Source of the DNA: Utricularia gibba
Taxonomy: Eukaryota > Plantae > Magnoliophyta
Assembly: GCA_002189035.1 (NCBI GenBank)
Contig: NEEC01000004.1
Coordinates: 5,022,001-5,086,000 of the forward strand
DNA length: 64,000 bases
Direction: 5' to 3'
Under the pieces are notes generated by a model that did not search any database, had not been told where the DNA came from, and saw nothing but the letters and a program-made list of their open reading frames with translations. Within the stretch, counting starts at the first letter, position 1. Each line of letters starts with the position of its first letter. The translations under genes and the position numbers were made by a program. Below, in pieces: positions 33,343-48,018 of the stretch.

Positions 33343-33777
33343 AAGATTTAAGGGTTTGTCCCAAAGCGCTCCAGATCGGAGCTCTGCTGCACTGCAGGGA
33401 GCGAGATATCTTTTGATTCGGCTCAGGGATTATCCAAATTTGTTGCGGTGTGAGGTGCCGCGTTTCTTCTTCCTTTACGAATCTTCGATCCAGTACAGCG
33501 GAAGGTGGAGTTTTTGTCTAATACGAAAGTGGTTTGATTGATTTGCTTTCTTATTCTCATTTTGTGTGTAGGTAACGATTTTACGCAATCGTAGTGATGA
33601 TGCTTTCCGTTCTGTACATATCCGTTGTAGAGTTGAGCAGATTGCTTGTTAGGATTAAGTTATTGAAGTCTCACGTGAAGCTTCGGTTTTTTATTAACGA
33701 ATTTTCACCGTGAAGGAGATGTTTTCTGTTCTTATGGTTTCTGACGAAATATGCTTGCTGTATTTAACAGGGACAAG

Positions 33778-35209
33778 ATGGCCATTGCAAGAACTGGAGT
33801 TTTTGTGGATGATTATCTGGAATGTGAGTTCTTCCCTTTTGCTCTATTTCAGTTCTGGTGTTTATTATGACATGCATTATGATCTCTCTGTGTTAAAGAC
33901 TCGAGTACGCTTCCCGCTGAGCTTCAACGCCTCCTCAACACCATTCGGGAATTGGATGAACGGTCACAAGGTTTATAGTTTACCTGTTTTGAAATGGTGT
34001 TTCTTTTGACATATTCAATATTCAGGTGTTATATTGTACTTTTCCACTGCACAATATTAATAGGCATGATCAACCAGACTAGACAGCAAACCAAGTATTG
34101 TCTCGGTTTGGCTTCTCAAGGTGGCTCATACACATGGAAAAATGAGCATGAGGAGGCATTGTTTGAAAAGCTTAGAAGAGAAACCGAGGCGAATCAGGAC
34201 AGCGTTCTCAGCCTCTGCACTGAGAAGGTTTTGCTTGCCAGACAAGCTCATGATATTGTAAGCCCCTATTGTACATTTGTGTGACTCGCTTGTGTATCTT
34301 TTTCCTCTTTCTCTGTCTGATGTATAATCTGGCCAAAGAGCGTGCAATGATTTACATCTATAGTATGGTGGAAGCTTAGTATATTCTCTTTGGTACTTCC
34401 ATTCAGATAGATAGTCATATAAAGCGCCTAGATGAGGACCTCAACGTTTTCGCAGAAGATCTCAAACAAGGTTAATCTCTGATGCTCATGTATCATTTGC
34501 CTCTGGAAGACTATACGTATCTGGTTGGATACTTGTTTCGATAGTTCATGAGGATTATGGTTTCTTAGTACAATACGCCCCCGTTTCTATTATCTGCAGA
34601 AGGAAAATTACTACCTGATGAGCCAGCGGTGCTTCCTTCATCATCTTTAGTTCCTCCTAAGATGGAAAAACACCGATTATTTTATGGAGGAGCACCTCCT
34701 CAATCGAAGAGGCTTGAGTTCAAGGACAGAGATTGGGAAAGGGAGCGTGACAGAGATTTTGACCTCATGCCTCCCCGGCAACCATAAAAAAAGACATGAC
34801 ATCACCTTTCGAGGTTGATGAACCCATTGACCCAAATGAGCCTACCTACTGTGTCTGTCATCAGGTATTAAAGTTTCCTGACGTTGCACATTACAGACCA
34901 CATATAGCTACTAGCATTTCAAGTTCTACAGATATGTATGCCATTTCCATGACATTTTGCGGTTTTGATGACAGATCTCCTTTGGTGACATGATTGCTTG
35001 CGACAATGAAAATGTAAGCCAACTCTTTTGCACACACATTTCAGCATTCTTAGATTTATTCACCTTACATCTTCATAAACTTTTGATCATCTCAAAACCA
35101 TCTAGTGCCAAGGCGGCGAGTGGTTTCATTACGCTTGTGTGGGCCTGACGCCAGAGACAAGGTTCAGAGGAAAGTGGTACTGCCCACCTGCAGGCAGTTA
35201 CCTCACTGA
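33778..35209 (+). CDS. ING2: PHD finger protein ING2; apparent frameshifts at ~34775 and ~35184
   Basis: [77 protein letters not shown]|[12 protein letters not shown]|[26 protein letters not shown]. Confidence 0.92.
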
Positions 35210-35499
35210 GATTCATGCATCAAAAACTGCTACACACGAACGAGGAAGGTTCGCCGATGTTTTTCTTTCTGAATCGATTAGTCTTGTTCGATTACACTCT
35301 ATTACATCAATACCTAAGGGAAGTGTGTATTAGAAACGTCAGATGCCAAAAACAATTCCAATCTTGAAAAGAAACCAACACAAGTTCACTGGATCTTCCC
35401 ATTCACTTCGTATTTCAAACTTCACTCGATGAACTCCATATCCTCTGTTCCATGTAAACTTCGTCTTTGTGCACCAAGGCCATGTTGCCCATGTACCCT

Positions 35500-35960
35500 G
35501 ATTGATTCTCAGTGGGATTCCCATGTACTTTTCTGAGTAGAAAGTATCATATCCATCATAGAATGTGATTGGACCAGCAACAGCGCACCTGAATACATCA
35601 GGAAACTCGGACTGTGCCATCGCTCAGAAGTATCCTCAATTACTCCATCAGCACAACCCAACACTACCAACTTGGCAGATCAGAACCATAAACCTAACAG
35701 AACTCCAAGAATCACCAAACCAAGAGTACTCCAGGACCACCATAACCCTGAACCATTGCCCTATAAGGTTCCGGGGCCTAAAGGCCAAATCTGGTCAATA
35801 AAGTGTACCATATATAGATTTGCCTCGTCATCCACCTCTAACTGGATAACCTCTGGAAGCTCAAGCTTCAGTTTACAGTGTTTCAGGCTTCCAATATATC
35901 ATCTGGCCGCTCATACAGAGCGGACTGTCTCTGTAAATCATTAAGTAATACTACATCTTT
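35500..35960 (-). pseudogene. Decayed dipeptidyl peptidase IV (peptidase S9) fragment
   Basis: LELPEVIQL.., GPGPYRAMVQGYGGPGV.., FPDVFRCAVAG.ITFYDGYDTFYSEKYMG. Has an internal deletion, and the GWSYGG nucleophile motif is degraded with stops. Confidence 0.75.
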
Positions 35961-36998
35961 TCTGGGGCTCACTCTGAATTTACCACACAAATCTCGTTAT
36001 CAAAAATAGTTTTCAGAAAAAAAAAAAAAGAAACAGAAGCTTCTGCATTATTACAGTCGAGGAAGTCTTACTGGTTAGTGTCATCGGATTCCGGTATCTA
36101 TTATACAAAACTAACAGCGGGGAAGAATCTAAATCCACGGTGGGGTATCGTTCACGAAAGAGTAAGTACAGGGATTAATGGCGATTAATTAAACCATAAT
36201 GAACATCATTAATTCACAATTTTCATTTTCCCTACGGGCACCAGGTTGCGAGCACTCTCATCTTGACGTTTTCATGCAATTAAGATCACCCTGTTCATTT
36301 GTAAACACCATCCACTTGAACAGGACAAAAGTCACCGGCAGAACGCGGTGTTTACCCACCGTTTTAACCCGGTGGTCGGCTACCCTTTACGGCCAGGTTA
36401 ACTTCACCCCAATCATCATTAATTTCACTTGTGAATTTCAGAATTACAACTACTTGTATACTAGTGGTAAGAGATGCTTACTTGTCACCGCCGCCGGTTT
36501 TCCATGAGATGATCGGAAGTCGGCCTCCCTGCGGAACGGAGGGTCCACCCGGGGAGGAATCAATGAATGCAAAGCGAGAAAAGCTGGAAACAGCGTATGT
36601 CCGGTCCTCCCAAGTGGCAGAATATCTGAAGGATTTTCAATAGGTTTCCCATTTGAGAACTAGGGTTTAGAAATTCCCAATTTTCTATCCCTTTCAAATT
36701 CTTTTTCCACGTTTCAATAAATCAAGTATCTTCAAGATCTGTAATCATTCACTTTATCTTGTCATCACTTAATTAATGCATCTCTAAGTTTTTAATAATT
36801 TATAATTAAAGGACATAACTAATTTAATCATATTTTCAAAAGCCTAATATTTTAATCAAATGATTTTTATTTCATTTTTCCCAATTATTTATATATACAC
36901 AATGTATCTCTATTTAAAAATAAATAATATTTCTTATTTAAATATATAATAATTAAATATACTCATAATTTAAAAAAAACATTTAATTATTAAATATC

Positions 36999-37319
36999 TA
37001 TTCATATTAATTCAGATAATAGAATAAGGTAATTGTTTGCATATATTTTGATTATGGACAAACAAAATGATTGCTTGTAAAATCATTATCATATGTCACA
37101 ACTCATGATTCTTCAATATAATATTATTCGTTTCGATTAATAATTCTCATGAATTAATATTCATATTAATTCAGATAATAAAATAAGGTGATTGTTTGCA
37201 TATATTTTGATTATGGACAAACAAAATGATTGCTTGTAAAATCATTATCATATGTCACAACTCATGATTCTTCAATATAATATTATTCGTTTCGATTAAT
37301 AATTCTCATGAATTAATAT
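36999..37319. repeat. Near-perfect 159-bp direct tandem duplication (2 copies)
   Basis: Units start at 36999 and 37158 (tattcatattaattcagataat...gattaataattctcatgaattaa); two substitutions seen. Confidence 0.95.
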
Positions 37320-37755
37320 TTTACTTTTTGTGGAAAAAAGTTTTATCTAAAATTATAAAAATCACTTTGTTTAATTATATTTTTTACTTAGTAAGTAAAT
37401 GATTTTCGTTTGTGTTTTGAAGGAGGATATAAGGTTGTTTCGATTTGTTTTATCATGCCTCACGACACTAAACATTTACATCCAAATATTGTACATCATG
37501 AAACACTAGTATTCTATGCTAAGCTTGGAGCCCAATCGCACTCTATGAACAAAATTGGTTTGATTTTATAGAACCCTTAAGAGAAAGAATGAAAATATTC
37601 TGATACATTAGCAAGCCTTTTGCAGCGCATCAAACCCATACAACCTGCTGCACTCTTCTTGATGAGTGAGTGCCCCTCTTTGTTCGCCGTTCTCAGGGTT
37701 GGTAGCGACGGCGTCCGGTGAAACCCGTGGCGTGGCGGTTGATGGGGAGGACTGT

Positions 37756-39102
37756 TTACAGGCTTGGATCTTCTTCTTGGTGGTGCGCGAGGAAGCTTGG
37801 AAAGACTAATGCCATTTGCCTGGAAAATGGACTTGTTAGTTGAGTATGCAGGTGCCGAGTGGCGCAGAAGGTTGTTGCTTGGCATTACTTGAGATAGGGG
37901 AGAGTGAGGTTGCTGATCAGAGATGGGTTCTTGGACACGTATGCTTTCCACTCTTCAAGGTCGATTCTTCCATCGCCGTTTACATCAGCTTGAGAGAAGG
38001 ACTGATTGGATGATAGAAAGAAAGAAGGAATTTGTCAGAATACTGTGCATGTTTTTTATGAATCTTTGCTGTATTAAGATGCGGAAGTACTCACGTTGTC
38101 CACGATCAGCTCGACGACATCCTCCGGGAGTTCCAGCGTTGATTCATGTAAGAGAGCTGACAGCATCTCTCTCAGCTGTCGAATCCCAACTTCGTCAAAT
38201 TCAGGACAAGGGGAAGTAAAATGTAAGAGAAAGTTAAAGGAGTCGAGTTTCCCACCTCAGCCCTCTCGATGTATCCTGAACTCCTAAGATCATGCAGTCT
38301 GAAAGAAACTGCAGTTGAAACGGAACATAAAATTATAATCTTTCAGAGAAGAAAGACAAAGTCAGAACATAAAATCATGTTGAAGTTTGTTGTCCTACTT
38401 GCCAGAAAGCAGCAACTGGGTATTTATTACGAAGAAAAACTTAGCGTAAACTATAAATGTAATTTCGTAGTGTGGTGAATTCTCTCTCGAAAAAAGTTGG
38501 GGTTTCAAAACATTGCAAAGAGAACCGATTCTTACAAGCAACTTTGGTTTCGAATGGCGCATTTGGGTGAAATACAGCCATTGAGGTGACGAACTCCCTG
38601 AAATCGATGACTCCATCACAGTTGTAGTCAAACAGGTCGAATATCTGTAGGGACATCCAACAAAACGGGTTAAACCAGAGTGAAGACAGAAAGGGGAGAA
38701 GGAAATGTATGGTTAGCTTAGCTTACCCTATCAGCAAAGAAGTTTCTATGGTTCTTGTCCCTAAAGAGCGCCAGCTGAAACTCTTCCTGTAGTACTTTCA
38801 ACTGAGTACACGAACAAATGCATTCCAAGAATGAAATTTTGATGATTGATATATACCTTGTGAATGAACCCATCTTTTGTAATCAAGCTGCTCATCTTCT
38901 TGTAAAGCTGACACAAAGCCTCCAGTTCATCGATCGAAACTACAACACATGACAAAAACTCTCAGCTTTATTTCTCTCCAGGAACCGAATACAGGGACGA
39001 TGATCCTTTGTTCGCATACTTACAAGGAGTCTCTTCAGCGATGAGTGCGAGATTCTTGTTACCAGGACAGTGCCCGAGGGGTTTTGATGCGAAGCAGCCC
39101 AT
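37756..39102 (-). CDS. CBL: Calcineurin B-like calcium sensor (CBL, CBL4/SOS3-like architecture)
   Basis: MGCFASKP start; [24 protein letters not shown]; [34 protein letters not shown]; [34 protein letters not shown]|QMALVFPSF...DPSL*. Typical CBL intron positions. Confidence 0.9.
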
Positions 39103-40035
39103 GACAGCAGGAGATACAACATTAGTATCAGTTACGGGGAAGGGTTAATGTAATGGTGCCATCGTTAGTGGCGTTATAAATATGTGAAAGCGAAATGGTA
39201 AAGGTTGGCGGTTGCTAAATTTTCAAGCAACTTGGTTCAGAAATTATATCATCAAATATGCAATCCCACATGCAACCCAAAAGTCGGGAGGCTCAAGTGC
39301 CTATGAATTGATGACCCCTAGCATTGAAAAAACTGCACCATGACAAGACATTTGCAGTGCTTAGTTCTTTAAATTCACTCTTTCTTGCAGCATTAACTGC
39401 GGGATGGAAGATCTCGTACGTTGTGAAAACATGTGCCTAATTCTTTCTGGTTTCGGTTTGTCTGAAACCCTTTTGCTCGAGCCAACATTTCTAGGGTCTG
39501 TCTGGCATCTCATCCAAGAAAGCCATGGGCACCCTCAATGATCAGAAAGCCATTGCAGCCACTGATATTGGATTCCTTACCAGACGGTTATCAGAAAGCT
39601 ATAGCATTGAAGAACGTGGTACTAAGCGAAGGGATGCGAAAGTAAGCATCAAGTTGCATACTTCAGTTGCAGGCAGCTCTGCTGATAAAGGACAAGTTGC
39701 TTAAATCCAGAGTTGAACACGTGAAAGATGTAAAAAGCATTAGCCTTCCAAGAGACAGATATCCATTATGAACCCACCCATTATCGAATCGGATCATTAG
39801 ATTGGATTTGGGTTTTTCATTTTCCTAATTTTCAAGTATAAACACATGTTGGATTTGTTTATTAAGAGAAACCTTGAAGTGATCGAAGTCTGACTTTTAA
39901 AGTGTGCGCACGTGTACGAGCACGAATCAATCATTAGACGCCGGATCTTGTAATGACGAAAACAGCCTTCCTCAGTTCACTCTGTTTCCCACATCCAAGA
40001 GTTGAACCTACAAGGGCAAAATGATGAATATAGTA

Positions 40036-40104
40036 TGGGCTCTAATTGGAGCCCAAAAGGGCTTAACGGTTTTTTCAAAGGCCCAGAGTTTCTTAAATTG
40101 GGCC
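40036..40104 (+). promoter_or_regulatory. Site II/PRCE-like TGGGC cluster upstream of the proteasome subunit gene
   Basis: TGGGCT, AGCCCA, GGCCCA and ATTGGGCC within 70 bp. Confidence 0.55.
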
Positions 40105-40666
40105 TTTTGTGAATATTTGATACAAGTCTTACACAAATTATTTTATTATTAAATACTAACAATTTTTATTTCAAAAACTGAAATTGTTTTTATGTTTGAT
40201 GATAAAAATATTATGATATATTACAAACCTTAATTATTCTCCCATGAGCTATTTTCTGAGCAGCATGTTCCCACGAGCTACCACCTGATGCATCATCTTT
40301 CTCAATCTGGAAAAAAAATGGAAGAAAGGCCTAAATTTCCCATTTTAACACACTTAATTGGATTTTTTAAGCATTTTTTGGAAAATTAAAATTTTTAATT
40401 TAAATAAGTTGAATTTATTTTCCGATTAAATCATTAATTTAATTTGAATAAAGTGTTGCTAAAATTCGATTTAAATACACTCTGTTGAAACCGACTACCG
40501 AACTCGTTAAATCCAAACCTAATACCGAAGGGGCTCTGAATTGTGTTCGTGTCGTGTGCTTCAAGGCACGACGGCGAAGTAGGAAGAGGGAGAATTGTGC
40601 GCTGATCGAGCCGCGAAGCGAGAAGGAATCTGTTGGATCTCTGATACTGACGAGTCTTGAGAAAAA

Positions 40667-42063
40667 ATGGAGTCTGTTTTCGGGTTTGTGTGCAAGGATT
40701 TTGCGGTGGTGGTGGCTGACGCTTCCTCCGTGCATAGCATTCTGGTTCATAAGACGAATGAGGATAAAATCATGCATCTTGATTCGCATAAACTCCTGGG
40801 TGCATCAGGAGAGACCGGCGATCGGTGAGTCGTTTAGTCAGTTTTCTTAAATGATTGCTTTCCCCCTTTTGGGGTTCAAGAACGCGGCTTTGGATTGTTT
40901 TGAGACGAGTTTGATTGGGTTTTTGAGACTTTACGGTGACCTAGATGTTGATTCCTCGGAACTCTCGTTCTCATTTTGTATTGACTCTTGTTAGTTTATT
41001 GGGTTACTGATTCTAAGTTTTGTAGTCAGTATGTTGTTGGCAATATTTACAGAAAAGAGTGCAGTAAAAAAAACAAAAAAACTCCCATATGCAAACTTGT
41101 TCCATTTATGCTCTTAAGCAGCTTTCTCTCAATCCCGTTAGTTCAACACAGTTCGCCCATTCTATGCAAACTGGCATACAGCTATAACTTGGGAGAATCG
41201 TAGATTTCTTCAGAAACTACTGCTGTTTTTATTTCCGAATCCCATTTCTTTTTTAATTGTGTTCAGGGCCCAGTTTACAGAGTTCATACAGAAGAATGTT
41301 GCCTTGTATCAGTTCCGTAATGGGATTCCATTGACAACTGCAGCTGCCGCGAACTTCACTCGGGGTGAACTTGCCACCGCCTTGCGAAAGGTAATCAAGT
41401 TGCATATTTTAGCCTTCTTTTTTTTGTTGAATGACTGGAAAACGTCTCGTTAGATTGTTTTGTTGAATTTCTGTATAAGAAATCAACGCGCTTTCTCTCA
41501 TGGTATTCATTTTTGCGTGGAAGAATAATATTGGCGTGACTTCGAATGTAGCAATTTCTGTGTATGATACCTTGTAACATAAAGGGTTGGAATTTGAAGA
41601 TCTGCACCCTTGCCTCTTCCTGCATACTTAGACTGGTGTATGGCATGCTATTCACAGGGCGCTTAATACTTGTATTCCATGATTGAAACTCTACTGATGA
41701 CTAAACATTTTGCTGTCTTTTGTTTCAGAACCCATACATGGTCAATATCATTCTAGCCGGCTACGATAAGGAGACCGGCCCATCTCTCTACTTCATCGAC
41801 TACATAGCCTCCCTTCACAAACTTGACAGGGCAGCATTTGGATATGGATCCTACTTCGCACTCTCCATGATGGATAGGTATCACCGCCCGGACATGAACC
41901 TGGAGGAGGCAATCGAGTTGGCAGATAAGTGCATCTTTGAAATACGCAAGAGGCTCGTCGTTGGCCCCCTAACTTTCTGATCAAAATTGTCGACAAGGAT
42001 GGGGCAAGATTACATTCTTGGAGAATGTCCATCCAGGAAAGCCACCCCCCTGTTCCAAACTAA
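40667..42063 (+). CDS. PBD1: 20S proteasome beta subunit D (beta-4/PSMB2); apparent -1 frameshift at ~41967
   Basis: MESVFGFVCKDFAVVVADASSVHSILVHKTNEDKIM..; QFTEFIQKNVALYQFRNGIPLTTAAAANFTRGELATALRK; NPYMVNIILAGYDKETGPSLY. Adding one C restores VVGPPNFLIKIVDKDGAR. Confidence 0.95.
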
Positions 42064-42941
42064 ATGCATCTCCTGGTTTTTTTATGCAAAAACTCGAGCT
42101 TTTGGTATTGAAACTCTAGAGTTTTACATCTCCACCCTTGTTGTTTCAAATCAAGTATCTTCTGGAGTTTGATAACATCTTGGTTTTGGCATGAACACTC
42201 TTTTATAATGGGAAAGTAACTCTTGAGGGACTCCGTTCGATTATTTAGAAAAATAGTCATCTTTTTGGAAAAAATTGTTAATTTTAATGTTAGAGAATTA
42301 AAAGAATGGACAAATTTCTAAAACATATTTTTTGCTTTTATTGTGAATTTAATGAGTCATAATCATAAATATAATTCGATTGAATCATAAGTCAACAAGC
42401 TAGACACATAAACTCAACTCATAACACAGATATACCTAATTTGAATATTTGGGGTATAAGCATTGCAATCATATCGTTACTATAATTACACTTTTATTTT
42501 TTTAAAGTATTTAGTGATATAAATACCGAAAGCACGTCATTATAATGTTAATGTTTTTAATTCTTTTTATTAAGTATTCATGGAAAAAGCACCATTAAAA
42601 CATACTTTTTTAAAAAAGTATTCATAAATATCGAGTTGACTCAATTAAATTTCGAATAAAAAGTGAGAATCAATTCATACTCATTCAGAAAAAAACAAGA
42701 GTCACTCGTGTTCATAGAAATTGAGTCAATTATAAGTTATTTGAGACAATTTTACATATTAATCCATTATATGGTAAACATACGTGGTACCTAATCTTAT
42801 TTACTATAACATATTCATTAAACATGATATGAAAGATTACATCGATTCGAAAAAAAACCAAGTGTTTGATTTTATTTGGTTGTTTTGTTATTGAGTTAAT
42901 GAGATTAGTGAAATGAAGCTCCTTTCTGCAATGGAAACAAC

Positions 42942-42951
42942 TCTATAAATA
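42942..42951 (+). promoter_or_regulatory. Canonical TATA box (CTATAAATA) for the His/Pro-rich peptide gene
   Basis: ctctataaatacc lies ~40 bp upstream of the ATG at 42986. Confidence 0.75.
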
Positions 42952-42985
42952 CCCAGCAGTGTTCTGTGGTTTCCTACACAACACA

Positions 42986-43243
42986 ATGTCTCGCGTCTTC
43001 TTCTTCTTCATGGTGCTTGCCACTGTGCTTGCTCTGTCCATGGCTCCCCTTGTTCATTGCATCCGAGGAATCGGATCTTCGTCGTTGTACCACCTTGACG
43101 AGGAGTCGGATCCGCCTCAGCATCATCATACTCTGCCGCCGCACCATCCTCATGCTCCGGCGCCACACTATCATAATGCTCCGCCTCCGCACCACCATCA
43201 TGCCCCGCCGCCGCACCACCGGGGGTATCTGATTTTTCAGTGA
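42986..43243 (+). CDS. Small secreted His/Pro-rich peptide (85 aa, intronless, family unassigned)
   Basis: Hydrophobic signal-peptide-like N-terminus MSRVFFFFMVLATVLALSMAPLVHC, followed by a 60-aa region with 15 His and 13 Pro in (H)APPPHH-type repeats. TATA box upstream; GC-rich island within AT-rich flanks. Confidence 0.75.
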   Translation: MSRVFFFFMVLATVLALSMAPLVHCIRGIGSSSLYHLDEESDPPQHHHTLPPHHPHAPAPHYHNAPPPHHHHAPPPHHRGYLIFQ

Positions 43244-43940
43244 AAGTATGATGCTTGTATGAATATAGAGGAGGTTATAGTTCCTTCTCCAAAAAACAGT
43301 CGTCATTATAATGAAGACTGGAAGTATGGTACTATGAATAATATTTATATCTATTTCTGAAGCTGCCTTGAGCCATTAAAGAAAATCATTCAAACGCAGG
43401 ATCAGAAAAGAATGTCCATTTTAAACCAATCACGCATCGCAAGATGGCGACCATCATAAACCGGCAGTGTTTCGTCGGCACCGGTGAAACCAGGAACTGG
43501 GAACCCAGAAGTGAGAATGAATGGATAATAGGGTACATAAAGGAGCGTTCTTGAACCATGTAGCCAGAGAATTCTCGGATATCAAACGCCTGGCCAAACT
43601 GTTCTCCCTTTTCTGGTTATACATTGTCAACGATCTGGGTTTGTGGGATTTTTGCATCTTTGGTTCATTCAAAATCGGGTTTTCCGATCTGGGTTTGGTA
43701 AACATGATTTAGACTACGCAAATTTCTTGTGGGTTTGTCAAATCCGTGTGGTTCTGGTTAGGATTGTGGACAGGGGATTGTGGGTTGCAGAAAAAGTTCT
43801 GAGTGGCTTCCATTTAGAGATCGTAATGTACAGAGTGCAATGCAAAACCTTGCAGGTAAATTACTGATTCCTGCAGGAGTCAGTTTCGACGTGAAGAGAA
43901 CCCCAGTGAAGAAGCTCTCAGCAGCAGTCATTCCAAATCG

Positions 43941-46160
<2,220 letters not shown>

Positions 46161-47806
46161 TTCTTACACACAAATACCACCTGTTCCTGGGCTTTTAAAG
46201 AGGATAAGAAACTCTAACTAGCGAACTTGTTCAAGAACAAAAACACCCAGAAAACTGCAACTGCATAAAAGTAGCCATTCAAGAACAGCGATTTTTTTTT
46301 TCTTTTAAAGAATTGTATTCAACAGACAAGGCTACCCTCCTGTCAACCACGTCCCCCTGCCGGCTGCCATTCCCTTGCTTTTCGAATATTTATCTTTTCA
46401 CAGGACAACAAAAAAGCCAAGCCAAGACCCTCGAAACATACAAAAATCACCGATTTCTCTCAACGGTTACTTTTTTTTATCCTCTCAGAAGCAGAAGAAA
46501 ACACGAAAACATACACCACATGCTGATTTCAATTCAACCCACACCCTCTATCTGTTTACATTCCATCTTTTACATCCCAATAAATATGAAGAAAGGTCAG
46601 ACAACCATGGAACAAGTAGCAAGTAGAGGGACCAGCTCGGCACAGCATAGCTTGGTGATGTGATTTGATTTGTTCATTTCTATTCAATATCGCGTTGAAA
46701 AATGATCTCCTTCTTCCAATTCGACACAACCCCAAGTGGCTCTCATGTGTTGGCGTTTCATTTCCATCATGATTTACATATTTTTCAGCTTTATTGCATG
46801 ACACAACATAAAGCTCGCATCTTTTCCACAGATCTCGTCTCGAGATGCTACCCGTGAACAAAAACCCAACTCTCTTCTTCAACTTCGGATAACATGGAAT
46901 CCTATACCAATTATCATCCTTAAAAAGATAGAACCTTTAGACTGGGAGGTCCACTTTTGGTCTAGAGGGCATATAAATATTCCATAATTATTCTATTTAA
47001 TTTCAACTGAAATAATTTTAATCAGTTTTGTCAAATTTGGACCAACCTTTTCCAGTTCTAGTGATAGCAATCCACGATCCGTACTTGTCGCAAGAAGCTT
47101 CCTGGAAGGCGCGCCATTTTAGAAATTAATTAATATTATTTATTTCTCTTCCGTAGAAGCCGTACGACTTGTACTTTCACGTACACCTTCATCGACTATT
47201 CTCCTCTAGTAGCCGCACCACTTCATTTTCATAAAAATGATATGTTCATAGCACTCAAATTTTCATGATCTTATAATAATCTTCAAGCCTCCGAAAAATG
47301 ATATTCGATGCACGATTCTCAAATTTCAATCGTAAAAACCAATGATCTAGTTTCGAATTCAATCCGAAAATCGGAATTTTGGAAGAATATCGATAATATT
47401 TCATTTAAAAAAATTAAAAATCTTAAATTTCAAACATTAGCAAAAACATTGAAAAATGATTTTCAGTGGAGTTGAATTACATAATTTATATTAAAAAAAT
47501 GAGAACTAATTTTATCAAAATGGTACATAATTTTTTCAAACATAAGTTAATATTTTTGAAATATATATGTGTATTTTACTATTTTCCAATTTATCTTTGC
47601 ATAAGTGATGCCCCTATCAGATACTTTGACCTAAGGGGTAAAATAATGAATAAATTAACTTGAACAGCACAAGGTTTTACTCTGACCAGGGAAAAAAAAT
47701 CCATGCAATTAATGAAATTTTACTTTACTTACTACAAGCTTTGTGAAGAGTTGGAGTTTCATTTTACTTCTACTTTGTTGAAGTCACCTCTGGTTTTACT
47801 TTGTTT

Positions 47807-47895
47807 GTGGGCCCTGACTTATTTATCTGGGCCTATTAATGGGCCTTATCGATGAATATGTATTTGGGCCTTTGGTGGTAAACCAGATGGGCCTT
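47807..47895. promoter_or_regulatory. Site II (TGGGCC) cluster upstream of SurE, in the WNK/SurE divergent intergenic region
   Basis: Five TGGGCC motifs in ~90 bp, ~130 bp before the ATG. Confidence 0.6.
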
Positions 47896-48018
47896 GGATA
47901 TATCAAATTTCTAAACGTTGTTATTTTACATAAATACAAAATTACGAGATAATTTTCCTTGGTGACGGGAGGAAGTCAGCAATTGCTCGGTGTCTGCTGA
48001 CGAGATACGGAGGGGAAA

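Noticed and set aside
39525-39704. 59-aa plus-strand ORF MGTLNDQKAIAATD... between CBL and PBD
   Set aside because: No recognisable homology; its length is compatible with chance.
46890-47800. Possible MITE/MULE between WNK and SurE
   Set aside because: I could not pair convincing terminal inverted repeats or find a target-site duplication.
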